The notes beneath the pieces are model-generated. The model made no database searches. It was not told where the DNA came from and was given only the letters and a program-made list of their open reading frames with translations. This document shows positions 44,870 through 51,471 of a DNA stretch of 51,471 nt, in pieces. The position numbers and the translations under genes were made by a program. The first letter of the stretch is position 1, and each line of letters begins with the position of its first letter. The stretch is taken from NCBI GenBank assembly GCA_043816345.1, contig JBDRIA010000040.1, forward strand, positions 1 to 51,471, in the 5' to 3' direction. Origin of the DNA: Chloroflexota bacterium. Its GTDB lineage: Bacteria; Chloroflexota; Dehalococcoidia; Lucifugimonadales; UBA2985.

Positions 44870-46087
44870 TCAGGTAGTGTAGGCGCTGTTAAAAGTGACG
44901 TACTCCTCACTGAGGTCGCAGCCCCAGGCGGTGGCGGTGGCCTTCCCCAGCTTCAGGTCAAGGCGAAAACTTACTTCCGGGCCGTTCATTGTAAGGACTA
45001 CAGCGTCCTTGAAGAAAGGTATGGGGCGACCCTCTTCCATGATACAGACGTCGTTGATGTAAAGGGCTATGCGGCTTTCGTCCACTTCGGCGCCACTGTA
45101 TCCCAGAGCAACGATGATGCGGCCCCAGTTGGGATCGCTGCCGTGGACCGCAGACTTGACCAGGGTGGAGGAGGCCACGGTCCGGGCAGCGGCCCTGGCA
45201 TCGCTCTCGCTAAGAGCGCCTTCCACTGTCACCTGGATCAGCTTAGTCGCTCCTTCGCCGTCCCTGGCTATCTCCTTTGCCAGGGCGGTGCATACCTCAT
45301 TAAGGGCGTGCCGGAAGGCATTCTCTCCTGAGCTACCCAATGTAATAGTATCGCCTCCGGCGATCCCATTAGCCAGGATGATTACGCTGTCATTAGTGCT
45401 GGTGTCCCCGTCAACGGTGATCATGTTGAAGGATGAGTCAACCGCCTGAGCAAGGGCTTCTTGAAGGAAGCTTTGCTCCACGGGAGCGTCGGTGGCCAGG
45501 AAAGCAAGCATGGTGGCCATGTTGGGGTGGACCATGCCGGAACCCTTGGCAATGCCTCCCAGAACGTAGCTCTTCCCTGCAACCTGGAATGAGACGGCTA
45601 CTTCCTTGGACCTGGTGTCGGTGGTCAGGATGGCTCGGGCCAGGGCGTGGCCACCCTCTACGGTTAGCTGAATTTTGCTCACCCCGCTGCGGATGAGGGC
45701 AATGGGCAGCTCTACTCCTACCAGCCCGGTGCTAGAAGCGAGAACCAGTTCAGGCTCTATGTTCAGGTGCTTTGCTGCCAGGGCAGCCATCTCCAGGGCA
45801 TCTGTCATCCCCTGCTCACCTACGCAGGCGTTGGCAATCCCGCTGTTGACCACTATCGCCTGGGCATGGCCCGAAGACACTCTTCGTTGGTCGAGGACAA
45901 CGGAAGGCGACTTTATTTTATTGGTAGTGAAGGTTCCCGCCACGGTGCAGGGCACCTCTGAATAAAGGATGCCCAGGTCGAATTTGTCTTCGGTGTAGAT
46001 CTTGATGCCAGCGTAGGTGGCTCCCGCCAGGAATCCCTGGGAAGATGTAACGGTACCCTCTTCTAACCACTTCAATTCTACGTTCAC
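44870..46087 (-). CDS. argJ: Bifunctional ornithine acetyltransferase
   Basis: NSG.ANAC, STG, KGSGMVHPNMATML, DGDTSTND, DGEGATK and DPNWGR. Confidence 0.96.
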   Translation of the reverse strand: MNVELKWLEEGTVTSSQGFLAGATYAGIKIYTEDKFDLGILYSEVPCTVAGTFTTNKIKSPSVVLDQRRVSSGHAQAIVVNSGIANACVGEQGMTDALEMAALAAKHLNIEPELVLASSTGLVGVELPIALIRSGVSKIQLTVEGGHALARAILTTDTRSKEVAVSFQVAGKSYVLGGIAKGSGMVHPNMATMLAFLATDAPVEQSFLQEALAQAVDSSFNMITVDGDTSTNDSVIILANGIAGGDTITLGSSGENAFRHALNEVCTALAKEIARDGEGATKLIQVTVEGALSESDARAAARTVASSTLVKSAVHGSDPNWGRIIVALGYSGAEVDESRIALYINDVCIMEEGRPIPFFKDAVVLTMNGPEVSFRLDLKLGKATATAWGCDLSEEYVTFNSAYTT

Positions 46088-46295
46088 CTTTAACCTCTAA
46101 CCTCATCCTTGCATTGTCTGGAACGGCTGCAGTATAGCACTATACCGAGGCACGGCAAAAGGGGTGTGCTCGTCCAGATGAGTGTAGTGATACTCCGCCA
46201 GTGTCACCCTTCATTATGACCAAACGAATACAAGGTCTTGTTGAAACCGACTGCGAGTGGTACAATAATAGTGGATCCTGAGGACGGAGGTGGAG

Positions 46296-46373
46296 ATGGT
46301 TCGCAGGTACGTGTTAAATCACAGGTGGCACTTTCCCTCTTCGTGCCTCGCTGACCTGGGTGGTGGCGGATAG
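46296..46373 (+). CDS. Possible 25-aa small ORF or degraded small gene
   Basis: Extended -10 TGgTACAAT (46258-46266), GGAGG RBS, MVRRYVLNHRWHFPSSCLADLGGGG* and a downstream terminator. Confidence 0.3.
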   Translation: MVRRYVLNHRWHFPSSCLADLGGGG

Positions 46374-46531
46374 AAGAGTCTAGATGAGGTGGATGGAAGG
46401 GTCGGTGAGGCAGTCCAACGGGGCTCTTGGCCCTGCATTTCTTGGGCTTCCGTAGAATGAAGCCCGTCTGGTCGGAGTGACCAGTTAAGCCGGGGCACAG
46501 GGCTCCAGCAATATTCCTCTCGCATAAGTTT

Positions 46532-46571
46532 GAAGAGCACCCGATGCGGCGTATCGGGTGCTCTTCTTTTT
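46532..46571 (+). terminator. Intrinsic terminator
   Basis: GAAGAGCACCCGAT...ATCGGGTGCTCTTC 14-bp stem followed by TTTTT. Confidence 0.8.
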
Positions 46572-46604
46572 GGTATGCCAGACTGCTGCCCTCCTCCCTC
46601 CATT

Positions 46605-47140
46605 GAAATCGCCAGGGAGACCTCCCGCGGCACGAGCTTCTATAGTAGAATGCCATAGAAAGATTCCCGACGAGTTTGACCGCTCCAGATAGCACGTCTT
46701 TTGTGTGCTTGCAACTCCTTATCAAGGCTTATCATTATCTGCCCATCACATGCATATGTAAGTTGCTAGCAAATGTACGACAGTATACGGATATGGTAAG
46801 AGAAAATTGATCCCCCTCAAGCTTTCGGTGAGAAATTTCCTGTCTTACCGGGACAACGCCCCCACTCTGAACCTGGAGGGGGTACACGTGGCCTGCCTAT
46901 GCGGCGATAACGGCCACGGCAAGTCGGCTCTCCTGGACGCCATAACGTGGGCACTCTGGGGCACTGCCCGGGCCAGGGTGCAGGAGGAGCTGGTCTTCCA
47001 GGGAGAAAGCGAGATGAGGGTGGACCTGGAGTTCCAGGCCAGCGATGGCCGGTACAGGGTGGCCCGGAGGTTTGCCCGCGCCGCCAGGGGACGTCAGGGC
47101 ACCACTTTTCTGGAGCTGTTCCACGCCACGGAAGACGGGT
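46605..47140 (+). repeat. Inverted repeat arm A (sbcC upstream region plus first ~111 codons)
   Basis: Reverse complement of 50613-51140 with scattered substitutions and one divergent patch. Confidence 0.9.
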
Positions 47141-48972
47141 TCCAGCCCATCTCGGGCAACTCCGTGCGGGAGACGGAGGCAACGGTCCGCTCCCTGCTTC
47201 GCATGGATTACGACACCTTCATCAACAGCGCCTTCATCCTCCAGGGCCGGGCCGATATGTTCACCACCAGCACGCCGTCCAAGCGCAAGGAGCTTCTGGG
47301 CGAGGTGCTTAACCTCTCCTGGTACGAGCGCCTCGCCGAGAGGGCCAGGGCGCTAGCCCGGGAGAGGGATGCCTCGGTGCGACTGTTGGAGGCCGAGATA
47401 GGCAACATCGATCAAGAGTTATCCCGCAAAGAGGAGTACCAAGTCCGCCTGGACACAATAGTCGGGGAGTTGGACGTTCTGGATACCGAGATGAAAGGCC
47501 GCGAGGCCAGGCTTGAGGGTCTTCAGGGAGAAGTCCAGCGACTCCAGAGTCTCCAGCAGGAGTTGGGAGGACTGGAACGGGAGGAAAAGCGTGTCCTGGA
47601 GGAGATGACTGGTCGAGAGTCACGGGTACAACAGCAGAGAAAGCGTCTGGAAGAGATCGGGGCCGATGCAGAGCGGTTGCCCAGGCTGGAGGCCGATCTT
47701 GCCCAGGTACGCAGCTCCCTGGAAGGGATGGCCGCTCCTTCCCAGGAGATGGAGCAGCAAAGGCAGCATGTGCAGGACCTCCAATCACGGGTGCTCCATC
47801 TGAAGGAGGTCAATGCCTCTTTGAAAGCGGAGATGGACGACCTTCGTGTGAAAGTGGACCTCCTCCAGGAGGCGAGCGGGCCTGATGGAGTCGGGGCCGG
47901 CTGTCCTCTGTGCGGCCAGGACCTAGGAGAAGAGGGGTGTCAGCATCTGGCCGCCAGCTACGAAACCCAGGGAAGACAGAAGGCCGGCAGCCATCGGGAG
48001 AACAATGCGTCCATCCGCCAGATGGAGTCCGAGAGGACCAGGCTGGAGCAAGAGCTGGCGAAGAAGGAAGCGGAATCTCTCAGTGTCCGTCGGAAGGAGG
48101 AGCAACGTCGGGACCTCCTGTTCAAAGCGGTGGAGGGTGCGAGGGCCGCGGGGGATATGGTAGGCCAGTTGACCAGCGCACTGGAGTCCGAGGAGTCGCT
48201 TCTACAGGCAAGCCACCAACGGTTGCAGGAGGTGCGGCTATCTATGCCTCCGCTGAAAGAGGCGCTCGTTTCACTGTCAGGGGTACTGAACGCTCAAGAC
48301 GAGGAGAAGGCTCATCTGGCTGCCCTCAGGACACGCCAGGAGCGCCTTCTCGAAGATCGAGGGGTAGTGCAGGGCCATCTGGAGCGGTGCCGCGATCTGG
48401 AGCTTCGGCGCGGGGAAAAAGTCGAAGCCCTGGGCACTGCCGCTCATCAGAAAGGGGTGTACGATCAGTTATCGGGGGCCTTTGGCAGGGGCGGAATACA
48501 GGCCCTCTTGATTGAGCAGGCCCTTCCGGAGCTGGAAGACCAGGCCAACGACATTCTGGGACGTGTCACCGACCACCGCATGAGCCTGAAGCTGGAGACC
48601 CAGCGGGAGAGGCGTGGCGGGGGAGACCCCAGGGAGACCCTGGACATCAAAATCTCCGACGAGCTGGGCACCCGCAGCTACGAGACGTACAGCGGTGGGG
48701 AGGCCTTCCGCATCAACTTCGCCCTGCGCATCGCCCTGTCCAAGCTCCTGGCCCACCGTTCCGGGGCACCCTTGCCCACCCTGTTCATTGACGAGGGGTT
48801 CGGCACCCAGGACGCTTCCGGCCTGGAGAAGCTAGTGGAGGCCATCGATGCCATTCAGGACGACTTCCAGAAGATCATCGTCATCACCCATATCGAGGAG
48901 CTGAAGGAGGCCTTTCCTGTGCGCATCGAGGTCACCAAGACGCCTCAAGGCTCCACCTTCACGATGACCTAA
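46807..48972 (+). CDS. sbcC: SMC-family ATPase SbcC/Rad50
   Basis: Walker A GDNGHGKS, coiled coil with CPLC zinc hook, signature YSGGE and Walker B FIDEGFG. Confidence 0.93.
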   Translation: MIPLKLSVRNFLSYRDNAPTLNLEGVHVACLCGDNGHGKSALLDAITWALWGTARARVQEELVFQGESEMRVDLEFQASDGRYRVARRFARAARGRQGTTFLELFHATEDGFQPISGNSVRETEATVRSLLRMDYDTFINSAFILQGRADMFTTSTPSKRKELLGEVLNLSWYERLAERARALARERDASVRLLEAEIGNIDQELSRKEEYQVRLDTIVGELDVLDTEMKGREARLEGLQGEVQRLQSLQQELGGLEREEKRVLEEMTGRESRVQQQRKRLEEIGADAERLPRLEADLAQVRSSLEGMAAPSQEMEQQRQHVQDLQSRVLHLKEVNASLKAEMDDLRVKVDLLQEASGPDGVGAGCPLCGQDLGEEGCQHLAASYETQGRQKAGSHRENNASIRQMESERTRLEQELAKKEAESLSVRRKEEQRRDLLFKAVEGARAAGDMVGQLTSALESEESLLQASHQRLQEVRLSMPPLKEALVSLSGVLNAQDEEKAHLAALRTRQERLLEDRGVVQGHLERCRDLELRRGEKVEALGTAAHQKGVYDQLSGAFGRGGIQALLIEQALPELEDQANDILGRVTDHRMSLKLETQRERRGGGDPRETLDIKISDELGTRSYETYSGGEAFRINFALRIALSKLLAHRSGAPLPTLFIDEGFGTQDASGLEKLVEAIDAIQDDFQKIIVITHIEELKEAFPVRIEVTKTPQGSTFTMT

Positions 48973-49014
48973 CGAGTGCCAAAGTCCTTACACCCCCAAC
49001 TAGGGTCGCCGCCC

Positions 49015-50358
49015 TCAGCGTCCCGGCTGCGAGGGATCCTGTGAGTGGTCTTGCGGGCTTACCGGAGGGTGCGGGTCCGGCGTGCTCTGCACGAGCGGCA
49101 TCTGAGGACGCCGGGCTATGAGAAGGGCTACCGCGCCCAGCGCCAGAAACAGGGCTGCCGTCTGGATCCCCAGGCGATAGCTTCCGAAGGTGTCGACCAT
49201 CCACCCTACGAAGATGGGGCCCAGGACCGTGCCTGGCAAGTCTACGAACTGCAGCAGGCCACTGATGGTCCCGAAGTTAAGGCGCCCGTAGAAATGCGCC
49301 ACAATGGCCTGCCGCAGGGCAGCCGATCCGCCATAAGCCGGGCCGAGCAACACGATGTAGAGGGGGGCCCACTCAAGGCTGGGCATGAGGGACATGGTGA
49401 GAACGCCTATCCCCTGAACAAGCAGCGTTCCGGCGAACAGCACACGGATGTTTACCAGGTCTCCGATCCACCCGAAAATAACGCGTCCCGGGACCGAGAG
49501 CAGGAGGGTAACCGACGTTAGAGTGGCTGCCGTGACGGAGCCAGCCCCCATCTCCTCAATGAGGAAGGGGATTTGATACACGGAGACGACGGTGACGGTC
49601 ACAGACCAGGCAGCAAAGGTCACGGCGAGAAGCCAAAAGGAGAGGGAACTCAGTGCCTGACGCGGCGTGAGCTCCACCTCCAGCGGCTCCCGGCTCCCCG
49701 GCGTTGCCGGGACATCGGCGATGACCGGCAACGGAATCCCGTCGGGATGGAGGCCGCGTTGCTCCGGGCGATGGTGCACCAGGGAGACCAGGGGAAGCCC
49801 TATGAACCAGAAGGCCAAGGCGGCGATGACGGCAGCGGTCCTCCAGCCGAAGGTCTCGGTGAGCCAGCCCACGATAACGACGGTGCTGCCTCCCAGGCCA
49901 ATGCCGGCTATCAGGATGCCCAGGGCCCGGGATCGCTTGCGGATGAACCAGTTAGCAACGGCGACGTTGATGGGGCGACCGCCTCCGAAGCTGGACGCAG
50001 TGGAGATGAGCAGGAATACCACGTAGAGCATCCACAGCGTGGTGATGCGGCTCAGGAGAATGAAGCAGAGTCCCATGGTGAAGATACCAAAGTAGAGCAG
50101 CCGGCGTGGCCCGTAGCGGTCGATGAGCCATCCGGCGACGGGGGCGATGAGGCCGCCCTCCAGCCGGGCCAAGCCGATGACGCCGCCGAGCGCCGCCCGG
50201 CTAGCGCCGAGCTCCCGCAGTAGAGGAACGTAGTAAACACCGAACCCGTAGATGTAGAAGCCGCCGTTCAGGATGGAGATGATGACGCCGATGGCTACGA
50301 TCCACCATCCGTAGAAGACTCGCCGTATGCCAGGAATGCTCCCGATGAACGCGGCCAT
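49015..50358 (-). CDS. MFS transporter (paralogue of 17864-19135)
   Basis: VFYGWWIV, GWLIDRYGPR and VANWF..R.RA. Confidence 0.92.
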   Translation of the reverse strand: MAAFIGSIPGIRRVFYGWWIVAIGVIISILNGGFYIYGFGVYYVPLLRELGASRAALGGVIGLARLEGGLIAPVAGWLIDRYGPRRLLYFGIFTMGLCFILLSRITTLWMLYVVFLLISTASSFGGGRPINVAVANWFIRKRSRALGILIAGIGLGGSTVVIVGWLTETFGWRTAAVIAALAFWFIGLPLVSLVHHRPEQRGLHPDGIPLPVIADVPATPGSREPLEVELTPRQALSSLSFWLLAVTFAAWSVTVTVVSVYQIPFLIEEMGAGSVTAATLTSVTLLLSVPGRVIFGWIGDLVNIRVLFAGTLLVQGIGVLTMSLMPSLEWAPLYIVLLGPAYGGSAALRQAIVAHFYGRLNFGTISGLLQFVDLPGTVLGPIFVGWMVDTFGSYRLGIQTAALFLALGAVALLIARRPQMPLVQSTPDPHPPVSPQDHSQDPSQPGR

Positions 50359-50565
50359 TTTGCTACTCCGTGACCTGAAGATTAGAAACGCCTGTGGACG
50401 ATAGGTCTGTCCAGGCCAGCATCATGGAGGCGACGACCGTATCGTGTGCCGTGGAACTGTTCAGGTCAGCTGCATAATAGCCTGGGATTCCCTTTTTGGC
50501 TGGCCCCAGGCTTCGAGGGTAGCCCCAGAGAGATGGCGACATCATAGACTGGCCTTTCCAGGTCG

Positions 50566-50946
50566 TCAATCCCCTGTACGTCTAGCAGAAGTTACGATTT
50601 CAGGCATTACCCACCCGTCTTCCGTGGCGTGGAACAGCTCCAGAAAAGTGGTGCCCAGGCGTCCCCTGGCGGCGCGGGCAAACCTCCGGGCCACCCTGTA
50701 CCGACCATCGCTGGCCCGGAACTCCAGGTCCACCCTCATCTCGTTTTCTCCCTGGAAGACCAGTTCCTCCTGCACTCTGGCCCGGGCGGTGCCCCAGAGC
50801 GCCCAGGTTATGGCGTCCAGGAGAGCCGACTTGCCGTGGCCGTTATCGCCGCATAGGCAGGCCACGTGCACCCCCTCCAGGTTCAGGGTGGGGGCGTTGT
50901 CCCGGTAAGACAGGAAGTTCTTGACCGAAAGCTTGAGGGGTATCAA
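50566..50946 (-). pseudogene. Truncated duplicate of the sbcC 5' end
   Basis: MIPLKLSVKNFLSYRD...FHATEDG is nearly identical to SbcC residues 1-111, followed by an unrelated tail. Confidence 0.9.
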
Positions 50947-51140
50947 TTTTCTCTTACCGTATCCGTATACTGTCGTACATCTGCTAGCAACTTACATATG
51001 CATGCGATGCGCAGATAATGATAAGCCTTGATAAGGAGTTGCAGGCACATAAAAGACCTTGCTCCTCGGAGTGGACATACCTTGATTGAGGGCATTCTAC
51101 TATAGAAGCTCGTGCCGCGGGAGGTCTCCCTGGCGATTTC
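50613..51140 (-). repeat. Inverted repeat arm B
   Basis: Reverse complement of 46605-47140. Confidence 0.9.
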
Positions 51141-51218
51141 CAGAGGCGGGAGCGTGTGGCCAACGGCCTTTGACGGATACCCCCCATGCCCGTAAACTTA
51201 GCTTCAAAACGCCGTTTT

Positions 51219-51471
51219 GAACTTGTCTCGTAAAGCACAGACTTACTCGGTGCTACCGTTGCAAGGTCATTTCCTTAGCCAAGCTGACTCCGTGGTTCCC
51301 ACACGCCTGGTTATCACTCCCCCGGCAGGTCGTCTACCACGCCTAGTTCCAACGTGCCTTGGCCCACCCCCATGTGGCTTGGCCACTTCGCCATAGCTTG
51401 AGGAGGTTGTGGGTCATCCCTACCAGTGACCACTCACTCTGGGCAGCGCCCAACCCCCGTCTCATAAACCG
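51219..51471 (-). mobile_element. IS1182-family 3' end, continuing beyond the window
   Basis: Minus strand reads RFMRRGLGAAQSEWSLVGMTHNLLKLWR; end motif GAACTTGTCTCGTAAA resembles the one at 28567. Confidence 0.7.

Overview
A GC-rich bacterial chromosomal segment. Gene content suggests Chloroflexota (Dehalococcoidia/SAR202-like), but that is an inference. The housekeeping backbone comprises ltaE, qor, citrate synthase, a MidA-type methyltransferase, ubiD/mqnL with a TetR, PAC2, Fpg/Nei, lipB, dtd, miaB, rpe, an argJ-argB-UPF0182-argD-argG-argH operon, sbcC, tRNA-Pro(GGG) and tRNA-Ser(GCT). It is interspersed with MITEs, REP-like palindromes, IS remnants (IS256, IS1182, IS3, possibly IS481) and accessory genes. 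Five features stand out. (1) A 1388-aa thioester protein that resembles metazoan CD109/complement C3 (GCGEQ plus the C3-type HQE) more than enterobacterial alpha-2-macroglobulin; it converges on a lipoprotein with two protease-inhibitor-like Ig domains, and both genes have a GGAAC-N17-CGT ECF-type promoter. (2) The two complementary halves of a tRNA-Pro(CGG), in permuted order about 830 bp apart, beside a dead serine recombinase. (3) A ~530-bp inverted duplication of the sbcC promoter and 5' end, bracketing a potentially invertible segment. (4) A duplicated mqnP/ubiA 5' stub flanking mscS. (5) A pentapeptide-TIR gene and a retropepsin-like gene inserted into the arg-rpe operon. All family assignments come from motif recognition by eye; no database searches were run.
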